DNA from: a virus
Lineage: Duplodnaviria > Caudoviricetes
Reading direction: 5' to 3' (one strand)
DNA length: 57,084 bases
Virus record (IMG/VR): IMGVR_UViG_3300040047_000001
Location: 1-57,084 of that record
Below, piece after piece: positions 8,993 through 19,518 of this stretch. The notes beneath the pieces were generated by a model, which saw only the letters and a list, made by a program, of their open reading frames with translations, was not told the DNA's origin and ran no database searches. The position numbers and the translations under genes are program-made. Each line of letters begins with the position of its first letter. Position 1 is the stretch's first letter.

Positions 8993-9345
8993 CAACGTTC
9001 GCGGCACAGAAGGCGAGCCTGGCGGCCGTCGCTCCGACTTACAACGTCTGCACGACAGCAGACAAGTTCCCTGCAGCGCCCGGCGCCAAGTATCTGCTGC
9101 ACTACAAGAACGGCGCTACTCCGACCGGCATCCTCAAGGTCACCGACACGACGTCTGTCGTTCCAGCAGGCTCCACCGCTACTGCTGGGTTCGCTGACCT
9201 TCAGGTCACGACCTCGATGCTGGCCACTACCGAGTCGATCGTTGAGATCGACAACGCCAGTCGATTCCTGGACGGCCAGGGTTTTGTCAACCTGGTCAAC
9301 GTTACGCCGACGACGCTCAGCGTAGCGATTATCGGTCCCCTGTAA
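8989..9345 (+). CDS. Small beta-rich virion accessory protein
   Basis: GTGA overlap with the major tail gene; Thr/Ala/Val-rich. Confidence 0.55.
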   Translation: MTTFAAQKASLAAVAPTYNVCTTADKFPAAPGAKYLLHYKNGATPTGILKVTDTTSVVPAGSTATAGFADLQVTTSMLATTESIVEIDNASRFLDGQGFVNLVNVTPTTLSVAIIGPL

Positions 9346-9369
9346 CAAACGAGGCGAAGGAGCACAAGG

Positions 9370-9927
9370 ATGCCAGCCACTCAACGTAAGAAGGCGCAAT
9401 CCGTTAAGTACGGCCAGGGGTGGGGTGGCGATCTCGTTATCGATCTGCCCGTTCCTTCGGGAGCGCTCTGCCAGGTACGCCGTCCGGGTATCCCCGGCCT
9501 GATTAAGGCTGGCGTACTCGATAGCCTCGACTCGCTCACCGGCATCGTGCAGACGGACCACCTTGAGCGCGTCAAGGAGGGGAAAGACCCGCATGTGACG
9601 GCTAAGCAGATGCAGGAGCTCAGCCAGAACAAAGAGGGTCTGCTGCGCGCACTAACGCTCACGGACAAAGTCGTTGAGTATGTGGTATTGCAGCCTACAG
9701 TCCGTCGACCGATCGACCGGAATCCCGATGGATCGCCGATACTGGACGAGCAGGGCGAAGAGATTGACCTCTTGCCGGGATTGCGCGTTTCTGATGTGGT
9801 CTACACCGACTCGATCAGCCTGGAGGACAAGATGTACATCTTCCAGTTCGTAGTTGGCGGGGTGACGGATCTGGAGACCTTTCGCAAGGAGTTCTCGCAG
9901 ACTCTGGGAGGTATGGAGGCTCTCTAA
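9370..9927 (+). CDS. Tail assembly chaperone (gpG-like)
   Basis: Between major tail and tape measure genes; AAGGAG SD. Confidence 0.8.
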   Translation: MPATQRKKAQSVKYGQGWGGDLVIDLPVPSGALCQVRRPGIPGLIKAGVLDSLDSLTGIVQTDHLERVKEGKDPHVTAKQMQELSQNKEGLLRALTLTDKVVEYVVLQPTVRRPIDRNPDGSPILDEQGEEIDLLPGLRVSDVVYTDSISLEDKMYIFQFVVGGVTDLETFRKEFSQTLGGMEAL

Positions 9928-10153
9928 GACGCACCGTGTTCTCCCGGCAGAGGTTATGGGGGTCGAAGACCCGCTGGCGTTCTACTGCTTGAATCGTGCG
10001 GTCACTGCCTTTGGCCAGGCTGTTGATAGCGATATCGATGATGCCGTCGAGGGGAAAAAGAAACCGGCAGCAGAGGCGTCGGCGAGTGCGGTGCTGAACA
10101 AGTGGATCGGTACGCCGATGAAGTTTGCAAATCCAGCTCCTACAAGGAGGTGA
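9881..10153 (+). CDS. Tail assembly chaperone frameshift extension (gpGT-like, +1 frame)
   Basis: +1 frame open from 9866 to 10153, reading FARSSRRLWEVWRLSKTHRVLPAEVMG...; ACC TTT CGC at 9877-9885. Confidence 0.65.
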   Translation, partial: FARSSRRLWEVWRLSKTHRVLPAEVMGVEDPLAFYCLNRAVTAFGQAVDSDIDDAVEGKKKPAAEASASAVLNKWIGTPMKFANPAPTRR

Positions 10154-10156
10154 ACG

Positions 10157-12814
10157 ATGGCTGGCAGCTACAACCTTGGATCGGCTGAGGGCACAATCCG
10201 GATCAACTATGACGGAAAGGGCTCGAAGCAGGCCCAGACTGACCTCGGCAAGACGGAAGCGACTGCGAAGAAGTCCGGCGCGTCGATGCAGGAGGTTGGA
10301 ACCAAGTCACTGTTGGCGGGTGCTGCAATCGCCGCAGGGTTTGGCTATGCTGCCAACAAGGCCATCGACTTCGAGAAGCAGATCAGCTCTATCGGTGCCG
10401 TATCGGGGGCCACCGGTAGCGAGATCGAGCTGATGCGGAAAAAGGCTCTACAGCTCGGTGCAGATACCTCATTCAGTGCTTCAGAAGCCGCTAGCGCCAT
10501 GGAGGAGCTCGCGAAGGCGGGTGTCTCAACTACCGCGATCCTCAACGGCGCTGCGGACGCTACTGTGGCGCTCGCGGCTGCGGGTGGGGTAGACCTCCCC
10601 ACGGCCGCGACGATTGCTGCCAACGCGATGAATCAGTTCGGCCTGACCGCGCAGCAGCTGCCAAAGATCGTAGACAATATCGCCGGAGCGGCGAACGCTT
10701 CTGCGATCGACGTCAAGGACCTGGGCCTATCGATGTCCCAGGTGGGCGCCGTCGCGCACCTCGCTGGCCTGTCATTCCAGGATACCGCGACGGCGATTGC
10801 CGAACTGGGCAACGCAGGCATCAAGGGTTCCGACGCTGGTACGTCGCTGAAGACCTTCCTGCAGAACCTGATTCCGACGACGAAGCAGCAGATCAAGCTG
10901 TTCGATCAGCTTGGCATTACCACAAATGGCGCGGGCAACAAGTTCTTCGACGCATCCGGAAAGGCCAGAGGGCTAGCCGATATATCGCAGGTCCTCCAGA
11001 CAGCGCTCAAGGGCATGAGCAAGGAGCAGCAGCTGGCTACGCTCCAGACGCTGTTTGGGTCCGACGCGATCCGAGCTGCTGCTGTGTTGGCAAACAACGG
11101 CGCGAAGGGCTTTAACGACCTCGCCGCAGCGATGGGGAAGACGTCGGCGGCTGACGTCGCGGCGAAGCGCCTCGATAACACAGCCGGGCGGATCGAGCAG
11201 CTGAAAGGCTCGATCGAGACGCTGGCTATCGCACTCGGCGAAATCCTACTGCCATTCATCGATAGACTGGCGAAGTCGCTGACTGGTCTTGCGAACTGGT
11301 TCACGGGTCTGTCGAAGGGCCAGCAGCAGGCTATCATCACGACGCTCGCGATAGCGGCGGGGGTCTTGCTACTCGTCGGCATAATCAGCAAGATCATCGC
11401 CATTGTCCGCGTATTCCAGACTGTCTGGATTGCGCTGAATGCGGCGTTCGCTTTCTCGCCAATCGGCGCAATTATCACAATCATTGTTCTACTTATTGCT
11501 GTTATCTATCTTCTCTGGACGCGATCCTCTACGTTCCGGAACTTCTTCATCGGTATCTGGAATAGTATCTGGAGCCTGCTAAAGACGATTGGTGCCTGGT
11601 TCGCAGGGCCATTCGCCAACTTCTTTGTCGGCATCTGGAATAAGATCTGGCCGGTATTCAAGGCCATCGGAGATGCGGCTGTCGGTGTCTGGAACTTCAT
11701 TGTCGGAGGCGTGAAGTTCTATTGGGCCATCATTCAGGCAATCCTCGGATTCCTGGCGCCGCTATTCTCCGCCGTCTTTGGGCTTATCGTTTCGGTCGTG
11801 AAGACGGCTTGGGCGATTATATCGGCCATCTTCGCAGTCGCCTCGACCATCTGGCAGGCGACTATTGGGACCGCGCTGCGCGCGCTCTGGGCTATCATCT
11901 CCGTCGTCATCGGCGCAATCGTTGCGTACTGGCGGTTCGGCTGGGGATTGATGCTTTCGGTGATTCGCGCGGTCTGGGGTTTCATCGGTCCCTACGTAAC
12001 CGTCGCAATCGGCATCATTAGTCGGGTTATCAGTGCTACGCTCAGCTTTATATCGGCAATCTGGCGCGCTGCCTGGAACGCTATTAAGATAGCCGCCTCG
12101 ACGTCTTGGTCATTCATTACATCGGTCATTAGCCGAGCTGTTTCAATCATCATCGGAATCATCGACAGGGTAAAGGCCGTAGTCGATAAGATCCGTTCAT
12201 TCTTCAACCAGCTTAAGACTGCCGCGTCCGGCGGAGTCGGGTCGTTGATATCGTTCGTCGGCGGAATCCCCGGGCGGATCATCGGCGCGCTCGGCAACCT
12301 CGCGGGAATGCTTTACAACTCCGGCGTAAAGATCATTCAGGGCCTCATCAATGGCATCAAGGCTATGGCAGGACGAGTAGCGGATGCCGTGAAAGGCGTC
12401 CTGCAGAAAGCGCGAGATCTTCTCCCTTTCTCGCCGGCAAAAGAGGGCCCATTCTCGGGTAAGGGCTGGACGCTCTACTCGGGTCAGGCAATCGCTGACG
12501 CGCTCGCGACCGGCATCACGGATCACGCCGACCGCGCTATTAAGGCGACCCTGAATATGACGCAGCAGGTCAACGCGATCGCGACGACATCTAGCCCGCT
12601 CACCAACCAGTTCAACGTCAACGGCTCGCCTGTGCTCGCGGCAGCTCCCCGGATCGACGTCCGGCCCAACGTCACAGTTATAGCCGACCTTGGGAACGGC
12701 GTTCGCCAAGTCGTCCGGCACACAATCGCGGATGAGCCGGACTTGGTGGCAGCGTCGAACGCGAAGGGTGCGCAGTATCGCGGTTACCTTGCGCCCGGGA
12801 GAGGAACACGCTAA
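10157..12814 (+). CDS. Tape measure protein (TP901-type core)
   Basis: 885 aa Ala-rich; FSASEAASAMEELAKAG and GIKGSDAGTSLK motifs; Trp/Phe-periodic repeats. Confidence 0.95.
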   Translation: MAGSYNLGSAEGTIRINYDGKGSKQAQTDLGKTEATAKKSGASMQEVGTKSLLAGAAIAAGFGYAANKAIDFEKQISSIGAVSGATGSEIELMRKKALQLGADTSFSASEAASAMEELAKAGVSTTAILNGAADATVALAAAGGVDLPTAATIAANAMNQFGLTAQQLPKIVDNIAGAANASAIDVKDLGLSMSQVGAVAHLAGLSFQDTATAIAELGNAGIKGSDAGTSLKTFLQNLIPTTKQQIKLFDQLGITTNGAGNKFFDASGKARGLADISQVLQTALKGMSKEQQLATLQTLFGSDAIRAAAVLANNGAKGFNDLAAAMGKTSAADVAAKRLDNTAGRIEQLKGSIETLAIALGEILLPFIDRLAKSLTGLANWFTGLSKGQQQAIITTLAIAAGVLLLVGIISKIIAIVRVFQTVWIALNAAFAFSPIGAIITIIVLLIAVIYLLWTRSSTFRNFFIGIWNSIWSLLKTIGAWFAGPFANFFVGIWNKIWPVFKAIGDAAVGVWNFIVGGVKFYWAIIQAILGFLAPLFSAVFGLIVSVVKTAWAIISAIFAVASTIWQATIGTALRALWAIISVVIGAIVAYWRFGWGLMLSVIRAVWGFIGPYVTVAIGIISRVISATLSFISAIWRAAWNAIKIAASTSWSFITSVISRAVSIIIGIIDRVKAVVDKIRSFFNQLKTAASGGVGSLISFVGGIPGRIIGALGNLAGMLYNSGVKIIQGLINGIKAMAGRVADAVKGVLQKARDLLPFSPAKEGPFSGKGWTLYSGQAIADALATGITDHADRAIKATLNMTQQVNAIATTSSPLTNQFNVNGSPVLAAAPRIDVRPNVTVIADLGNGVRQVVRHTIADEPDLVAASNAKGAQYRGYLAPGRGTR

Positions 12815-13698
12815 TGGAAAGCACAGTCTACTTCGGACGGCCCGGTCTCCTGCGGAAGCTTTATGACCCGACCGGCGGCATCCTCGCGACCCGCGAGCTG
12901 GCCTCATCCGTATTCCAGACAGGGTCTGGAGGCGCACGGGTGCAGCGAGCGCTGAACGGTGTCCGGCAGTACAGCCTGAACTATGGGGCGCTAGGCCGGA
13001 CGAACTTTGACTGGCTCAACAACTTCCAGCAAGGCCACATGGGGCCAGGCCCGTTCGTTCTGTTGGATCCGGGGCGGCGCAACCTGTTGACGGTGAACCA
13101 GTCTTCGGCGACGTCGGCGATTGGTGGCATCAACGACTTCACGGTCTCCGGAGCGGGCGGGGCAATCGCTTCGGATGCGACACAGACTGTGCTGCTGCCA
13201 AACACACTCAAGTGGTCCTTCGCGACGACCACGCCGGCAACCGCGCTCCTGACACTTGCGAAGCCTTCGACAGTCTGGCCGGGCATCCCTGTGCTCTCGC
13301 CGCGCACATACACGTTCTGGTTTTCCTGCCTGGGCGGACCCATCAATGTCGTCGCGCAGATTGTCTGGTACAACCTCGCGGGCGGAGTCGTCAGCACGAC
13401 ATCGAGCTCTGCCGTTACCTCTTCAGTAACGGATTGGACTCGGGTTTCCGTCTCCGCTAGCCCGCCCAGTACTGCGCTTTGGGCGACAGTCCAGGTAGCG
13501 CCTGTGGTTGCGACGATTACCTCTGGGGAGTCGTTGTACTTCAACAACTTCTCATTCGGCGAGGCCACTGCTCCGGAGCCCTGGGCCGGGGGGACTGGCG
13601 TCTACCCTGTGATGCTGCTGGGGATGCCAGAGAAATACGGCTTCGCTGAGCCTGGGATGCTCGTCTCGCCGACGCTTGTGCTGCAGGAGGTGCGGTAA
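12814..13698 (+). CDS. Minor tail protein (distal tail-like, with probable carbohydrate-binding insertion)
   Basis: Directly after tape measure; WTRVSVSASPP-type CBM strands. Confidence 0.7.
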   Translation: MESTVYFGRPGLLRKLYDPTGGILATRELASSVFQTGSGGARVQRALNGVRQYSLNYGALGRTNFDWLNNFQQGHMGPGPFVLLDPGRRNLLTVNQSSATSAIGGINDFTVSGAGGAIASDATQTVLLPNTLKWSFATTTPATALLTLAKPSTVWPGIPVLSPRTYTFWFSCLGGPINVVAQIVWYNLAGGVVSTTSSSAVTSSVTDWTRVSVSASPPSTALWATVQVAPVVATITSGESLYFNNFSFGEATAPEPWAGGTGVYPVMLLGMPEKYGFAEPGMLVSPTLVLQEVR

Positions 13699-16600
13699 AT
13701 GGCGACGACATATGACGACATGAACGGTGTTTCGTCGGATCGGTTCTACACATACGACGATCCAATGCTCCATGCTCGCTTGGATGCTGCATACGCGAGT
13801 GGGGTAATCGTCCGCGATGGGCCTGTCCTGACGCTGGACCAGTCCGCCTCTGGCTCGGTTACGGACGGCTTCGATACCGATGTGGTGCGGGATGACTTCA
13901 TGCGGACGGCGGTTGTGTCCGGCTGGGGCTCGCCGACGCTCGCGCTTCCTGGGCAGTCCTGGATCGCGCAGACGACTGGTCTGTCAACGGATGGCGGGTA
14001 TGGCTATATCACACCAGCGGCAGTCAACGTCATCTACTACGCGACGGTTGGCGGCTACGCAAAGACTGACTTCGACTTCATGGTCCTTGTCACCCCGCTG
14101 GTGTTCTTTACCGGGGCAAGAGGTTCGGTCTACCTCTTCGCCCGGTATCAGGACGCCAACAACTGTGTGCGGTTCCGCCTCGACTTCAACACCAGCCAGA
14201 TCATGGGATTCGCGATTGATTATGTGCTGGCCGGAGTCGTAACCAGCATAATGCCAGGCGGGCTATTCCAATACACGAACCAGGAGGCCAATACAGCGTA
14301 CTGGTTCCGGGTACAGGGGAATGGCACAAACCTCCGGCTGAAGTCCTGGGCCTACGGCTCGCCGCAGCCCGACGAGTGGGCGAGCGACAACAACCCAGAT
14401 CCGCAATGGGCAACAACGCCGGGCTCCATCGGTGTGGGCATGATTCTGTTGACGGGCAACACGAATACCATCCCTGCGGCGATGTTCCGTTTCAGTCTAG
14501 TGTGGGCGGGTCTGCAGAAAGTACTCGACAATGCCGGTGTTGCGGCGACTTTGACGCTGGACGACGGGATGCCCGAAGGTGCTACGAACGTGGATACGAC
14601 TGGAGGTGGGCAGGCGAGCGCGAAGCTGATCGCGCCAATCGGCGAGAACGCTCTGCTGTACTTCAGCCCGTTCCGTACAGACAAACCCTTCGGGGCATTC
14701 CAGGATCGCGACGTATCTACGGTTGCTATGGCGAGCGGAGCCGTTACGAGCGACGGCGTGAAGTCGTTCAGGCTCTTCACGGGACAGATGACGGATATCC
14801 CGCTCGATGGTGATGCGGCGAGCCTGACCGCGATCTCGCGGAATCGACTGAAGCTGTCGACGCTGATTCAGCCTCCGGCCGTTCACGGGACGTTCGAAGG
14901 CTGCGAGCTGAGTTGGTTGATTGGCTACGCCCTTTATAAGAGCAACGTTCTCAACGTTCCGCCCATTCTGCCAGGGCTACGCCACTACACGCCAATGAAC
15001 GGCAGCACGCACCCGTACTACCCGGACGATAACGTTGGCCCCTTTGGCTTCTCCCAAGTCGCTCGCTACCAGCCTGGAATTACTCAGTGGTCGCGGCCGC
15101 AGTTCATCGATGGTCCATACCCAGGCACAGCAGCGCTCGATGGTGAGATCAGCAGGAACCGCACGCTCAGGTGGCAGAGTCAGGGTTCCAACATCCGGCT
15201 CGGAGCAGGCGAAGACATCCTCTCGCAGACCCAGGCTAAGGGCCGAATCGAGTACTGGGTCAAGGGCAACGCCTACGATCTCGCGGGATCGGTTGACTCT
15301 GGGGCAGGATCCCTCGCCTGGATCAAGCTGACCAACCCCTCCGGCTCGCGCTTCGCCCTGCTTACCGTGCCGATCGATACCCGTATCCCGAACCTGCTGA
15401 TGAGCGACGGAACGACAACGATCGTCTTTGACGCGGGCGGACCTGTGCCGATCGATAACCAGTGGCACTTCGTCGGCTGTAGCTGGGATTACGAACTTAA
15501 CAAGATCCGTGTCGTTATGGATGGCCTGCAGCAGAACTGGGTGCTATCTGGGCTATCTTCGACTGCGTTGGCTGCGACTGATGACGTCAACCAGATCTGG
15601 GCGCTCGGCTATTGGCCGCTCGCGGAGCTCCGGATTACTTCCGGTGTCCTAGCACCACAGTCTCAGTCCGATTGGGTGCGGAATGCTGTGTGGACGCGAG
15701 ACGCGGTTGTCCGGCGTTCGGTGATTTCGGTTGACGGGCTCGGGCAGACGGCTCCGCGCGAGGCATACGAGTTGATATCGGCCGTAGCCCAGTCGGAGTT
15801 GGCTAAGACTGGCTTTGACGCGAATGACAACTTCTTGTACCTCTCGCTGCCGTACTGGGCGGAGAACGCACAGCAGACGCCTCTGGAAACGCTCTCGACA
15901 AGCACCAACCTCGGCACGGACTTCAAGCCCTATCGCGACGTCACAAAGATCTACACACAGATCCGGCTGACCTACGATGAGACTGCCGTCCAGGAAAACT
16001 GGATTCCGGCCTATGGGGCGTCGAACCTCATTGCCATACCGATCGGATTCTCGACGCTCTCTGTGCCCCTTAGCGCTGCCGCTATCGAGATGCGCGACGT
16101 TACCTCGGGGCTTTCCGTGCTGAGCGGTACCGCACTGGCAGCGGCACCGCCGTCCGACTCAAACGCTATCAACTACATCACGGTCAACTCTGCCACAGAC
16201 GGCTCTGGAACCTATGGAACGGCAGCGAACTTCGTAGCTGCTGTGATGTCCTGGGATCCAGGGCAGGCAACGCTCGCGTTTACCAACAACACCGGCGCCA
16301 TTATGTATGTGGCCAACAACGTAAACCTTGCGCCCATGGGGCTCGCCGCAAAGGTGCTGTCTGCGGCTTCGCGCTCCATCATCTCCTCCGGCCCCCAGAG
16401 CCAGACGGCGCTGCGCGGCACTCGAATGCTCCCGATCGACCGGATCGAGTTCATCCAGAATGAGCATGACGCTCGGGCGATCGGCGCCGAGATCGCTGCT
16501 CGGCTCGGTTTCCCGCGTACACTCGTGAGAACGTCGGCTTGGGGCGATCCACGGAGAGCTCCGGGACAGGTCGTGACGCTGGCAGATCCAGACCAGAGCA

Positions 16601-16743
16601 TGATCTCGGGCACGTTCCGCATCACGTCTGTGCAGAATGAGCAAGACGGCGAAGACCTGAGGCAGACGCTGACATTGGAGCAAGCAATTCCAGTTGCCGT
16701 ATGGGACTCAGGCGTCTGGGACAACATGATTTGGGGGCCTTAA
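13699..16743 (+). CDS. Large minor tail protein with lectin/LamG-like domains
   Basis: 1014 aa; DNQWHFVGCSWD (LamG-like); C-terminal GDPRRAPGQVV tail-hub motif. Confidence 0.8.
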   Translation: MATTYDDMNGVSSDRFYTYDDPMLHARLDAAYASGVIVRDGPVLTLDQSASGSVTDGFDTDVVRDDFMRTAVVSGWGSPTLALPGQSWIAQTTGLSTDGGYGYITPAAVNVIYYATVGGYAKTDFDFMVLVTPLVFFTGARGSVYLFARYQDANNCVRFRLDFNTSQIMGFAIDYVLAGVVTSIMPGGLFQYTNQEANTAYWFRVQGNGTNLRLKSWAYGSPQPDEWASDNNPDPQWATTPGSIGVGMILLTGNTNTIPAAMFRFSLVWAGLQKVLDNAGVAATLTLDDGMPEGATNVDTTGGGQASAKLIAPIGENALLYFSPFRTDKPFGAFQDRDVSTVAMASGAVTSDGVKSFRLFTGQMTDIPLDGDAASLTAISRNRLKLSTLIQPPAVHGTFEGCELSWLIGYALYKSNVLNVPPILPGLRHYTPMNGSTHPYYPDDNVGPFGFSQVARYQPGITQWSRPQFIDGPYPGTAALDGEISRNRTLRWQSQGSNIRLGAGEDILSQTQAKGRIEYWVKGNAYDLAGSVDSGAGSLAWIKLTNPSGSRFALLTVPIDTRIPNLLMSDGTTTIVFDAGGPVPIDNQWHFVGCSWDYELNKIRVVMDGLQQNWVLSGLSSTALAATDDVNQIWALGYWPLAELRITSGVLAPQSQSDWVRNAVWTRDAVVRRSVISVDGLGQTAPREAYELISAVAQSELAKTGFDANDNFLYLSLPYWAENAQQTPLETLSTSTNLGTDFKPYRDVTKIYTQIRLTYDETAVQENWIPAYGASNLIAIPIGFSTLSVPLSAAAIEMRDVTSGLSVLSGTALAAAPPSDSNAINYITVNSATDGSGTYGTAANFVAAVMSWDPGQATLAFTNNTGAIMYVANNVNLAPMGLAAKVLSAASRSIISSGPQSQTALRGTRMLPIDRIEFIQNEHDARAIGAEIAARLGFPRTLVRTSAWGDPRRAPGQVVTLADPDQSMISGTFRITSVQNEQDGEDLRQTLTLEQAIPVAVWDSGVWDNMIWGP

Positions 16744-17220
16744 ATGGCAATTGCAACGACCGATCCGCTAGCAGGGATCGTGTCTATTGCGTGGGGGCAC
16801 GCAGTCTATTCCGACCTCTCCGCGCTGAGTAACATCACTTCTGTGTTCAATGTGTCGGTTACCTCGCCGCCATATACCAACAGCACCACAAGCTATACAT
16901 CGGTAGCCGGGTGGTCTATTGGCGTCACCAAGCAGTCCAACACCTCGAAGTTGTTGGTGCTGGCGTTCGTAACGGCCTTCACGACTTCATTCCAGCTGAT
17001 TAACTTCGCGACGTTGGTAGATGGAACGGCGTATCCAACGCTGTCATACTTCTTTAATGTGTCGAACGATCACCGGCAGATAGCGGGCGGCGTGGTTATT
17101 CCAAACCTCGCGGCTGGACCTAAGACGCTGCAGTTGCAGGGAAGACTGACGAACGTCTCTGGAGCTCTTACGGCCGACTCCAACGACCGCATGACATTGA
17201 TCGTTCTGGAAAGTCCGTAG
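16744..17220 (+). CDS. Minor tail protein
   Basis: Gene order; Ser/Thr-rich beta protein. Confidence 0.6.
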   Translation: MAIATTDPLAGIVSIAWGHAVYSDLSALSNITSVFNVSVTSPPYTNSTTSYTSVAGWSIGVTKQSNTSKLLVLAFVTAFTTSFQLINFATLVDGTAYPTLSYFFNVSNDHRQIAGGVVIPNLAAGPKTLQLQGRLTNVSGALTADSNDRMTLIVLESP

Positions 17221-17228
17221 GAGGACCT

Positions 17229-17837
17229 GTGGCTACCACTACCAGCACCAACCTGAGCCTGATCAAGGCTACCACAGGCACCAACGAGCCGTGGAGTAAC
17301 GACAACCTCAATGGCAACTGGGACAAGCTGGATGCCGCACAAGGGTTTCGGACTCCGAAGGTCACTACCACTACAATCTCGGCAAGCACCACAGAGACTC
17401 GCGTGCACTCGTGCACGGTGCCCGCGATTACGGTTCAGGGCGCGACGTTCAGTCTTCGCGTCTGGGGCAACTATGACAACTCGGCGACGGCTTCCAGCTT
17501 CACGGTTCGTGCGAAGATTGGCTCCATCCAGTTGACGGCGTTCACCATTACCACGCCCGCATCGTTGCAGACCAACAACAACTGGTGGGCGGACTGCCAA
17601 ATCGTGGCTGTCGTGCTAGGGGGTGCCGCTACCGGAGCCTGGAGGACATCGCTTCGCGGTATCAAATCCGATAGCGGCTCGGGCACGTCAACCATTGTCG
17701 CAATTCCCGGCGCGACAACGATCGTGAACAACACAATCGCCTCTACCTTCGAGATTACCATGCAGTGGGCCAATAACACTGCCGGTAACGTCATCCGCGT
17801 GGACGCTGGTCTAGCGCGGGTGGACTACAACGGATAG
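17229..17837 (+). CDS. Minor tail / tail fibre protein
   Basis: N-terminal TNLSLIK...LNGNWDKLD fibre-attachment motif. Confidence 0.65.
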   Translation: MATTTSTNLSLIKATTGTNEPWSNDNLNGNWDKLDAAQGFRTPKVTTTTISASTTETRVHSCTVPAITVQGATFSLRVWGNYDNSATASSFTVRAKIGSIQLTAFTITTPASLQTNNNWWADCQIVAVVLGGAATGAWRTSLRGIKSDSGSGTSTIVAIPGATTIVNNTIASTFEITMQWANNTAGNVIRVDAGLARVDYNG

Positions 17838-17861
17838 TTCACAGGATGGATGGGACATTGA

Positions 17862-18176
17862 GTGAAGCGCGATACGGGGCTGCCGAAGGGCATCCGAGAC
17901 GGCGTGCTGCTAGCGGTCGGGTGCTTCATGCTGCTGTTTATGATGTATACGGGTCGGGTATACCCCATTCTCGTCGGAGCGGCATTGGGGATCCTGGGCA
18001 TACCCACAGGCGTACGCGCAGCGGAAATCATCAGAGGCGCACGCACCGGTGGGCGTGGTTCGTCGTCATCACGGGCTCGCTCCTCATCCTCGCCACGATC
18101 ACTGTCGCGATCCGGCACTACGCGATTTGAGGGGGAGACTGATGACCAGCGTCCGCGACTCGACTCCGCACCCTGA
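17862..18176 (+). CDS. Membrane protein of the lysis region
   Basis: Two hydrophobic segments followed by a Ser/Arg tail. Confidence 0.6.
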   Translation: MKRDTGLPKGIRDGVLLAVGCFMLLFMMYTGRVYPILVGAALGILGIPTGVRAAEIIRGARTGGRGSSSSRARSSSSPRSLSRSGTTRFEGETDDQRPRLDSAP

Positions 18177-18513
18177 GGACATGGAGCCTCAGCAGACGCG
18201 CGTAGCAGCGCTGAGAGCTCGGCGGCAGATCGCGTACCTGATGCTGCTAACCGTCCTGACCGGACTTCTGGCAGCCGGCATCAGCATATGCTACGCGCGG
18301 TCGGCCGCCGAGAAGACGGAGCACAAAGCTCGTGAAGACATCCAGCGATGGTGCACGCTTCTGCTGAACCTGGATGACAGGTACCAGAAGTTTGAATCCC
18401 CACCGGCTGGCGCTGCGCCCGAGGCCAAGAAGCAGTACGCCGACGCCGTGGTGTTCCAGAAGCAGATCCATGACCTTGTGGAGGCATACGATTGCCAGAG
18501 GGTCGTACGCTAA
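18142..18513 (+). CDS. Membrane protein of the lysis region
   Basis: Start reassigned to ATG 18142 (GGGGGAG SD); one TM helix; WC...C pair. Confidence 0.65.
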   Translation: MTSVRDSTPHPEDMEPQQTRVAALRARRQIAYLMLLTVLTGLLAAGISICYARSAAEKTEHKAREDIQRWCTLLLNLDDRYQKFESPPAGAAPEAKKQYADAVVFQKQIHDLVEAYDCQRVVR

Positions 18514-18530
18514 AGGCGATTGGAGGGGAT

Positions 18531-19514
18531 ATGACAGACTCACCACCGGCGAGCGATCTCCCCTGGTTCCGGCAGCAGTCTGCTGCTAGGGCAGGGGTAC
18601 CGCTGAGCGACGTCGGGATGCTCCCGGATCAGAGCCACCTGGATGGCGGTGGATATCACTGTGGGTCGGCGGACGTCAAGGCGATCGGCAAGTACCACGG
18701 TCCGGCGAGCGCGAACGTTGGTTCGTCTACCGAGGACTACTCGGTGCGGCAACTGAAGGATCGGCAGTACGTTGATTTCGAGCTGTCGCACGGGTCGAAC
18801 TTCGCGAGCGCGGTCGACTTCCCGGATGGCTGGGGTAACGGAGGTAACGCAGCCTGGATCCGGTGGAACAACTACGTTGTGGCCGATCTCCGGGCGGATC
18901 CCGACCGCATTCCGGGCCTACGCGGCATCAACTTCACGCCAGACGGCGCAACAAAGAAGCGCTACGACACCAACAACCCGTCCCAGGGGATCATCCCGTC
19001 TACCGACACGGTCCTCTGGCACACGCACCTCGAATGGTGGCGTTGGTCGGTCATGAGCAGGATGGCGGGATTCCTCCGTCTCCTGAGCCTGATGGATGAC
19101 GCTATCGCCAACCGCCCGGCTCGCGCGCCGTCTGGCGCGATCTCAGCCGCAAGCACAAGTGGAGGTTCTTCTATGTTCCGAGTCATGGTCCAGGGCGGAG
19201 ATGGTGCAGTGTGGTTGGCTGGCCCCAACCCGATGCACATTGGTCCGGATCTCAACGCCGATCTCGCGGCGGGTGGCGTGCCGCTGGTTCAGGTCAACGA
19301 CCTCGCAACGCTCAACGGCGTTCTGAACTGTGCCAGGGTAACCACGGCACAGCCGCTCGATCCGGCACTCTTCGCGGCAGCCCTCGCACCGCTCCTGCCG
19401 CCGTCATCGGACGTCTCCGTGGAGCATCTCGTGGCGGCCATCAACAACCCTGCCGTCCAGGCCACCCTCACTACCGCGTCGTTCGAAGGCGCGCAGCGCG
19501 CCGAAAAGGAGTAA
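18531..19514 (+). CDS. Probable endolysin (atypical Zn peptidase-like)
   Basis: Directly upstream of the holin; GGYH, ASAVD and WHTHL as candidate H/D/H metal ligands; GGAGGGG SD. Confidence 0.6.
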   Translation: MTDSPPASDLPWFRQQSAARAGVPLSDVGMLPDQSHLDGGGYHCGSADVKAIGKYHGPASANVGSSTEDYSVRQLKDRQYVDFELSHGSNFASAVDFPDGWGNGGNAAWIRWNNYVVADLRADPDRIPGLRGINFTPDGATKKRYDTNNPSQGIIPSTDTVLWHTHLEWWRWSVMSRMAGFLRLLSLMDDAIANRPARAPSGAISAASTSGGSSMFRVMVQGGDGAVWLAGPNPMHIGPDLNADLAAGGVPLVQVNDLATLNGVLNCARVTTAQPLDPALFAAALAPLLPPSSDVSVEHLVAAINNPAVQATLTTASFEGAQRAEKE

Positions 19515-19518
19515 CCCT

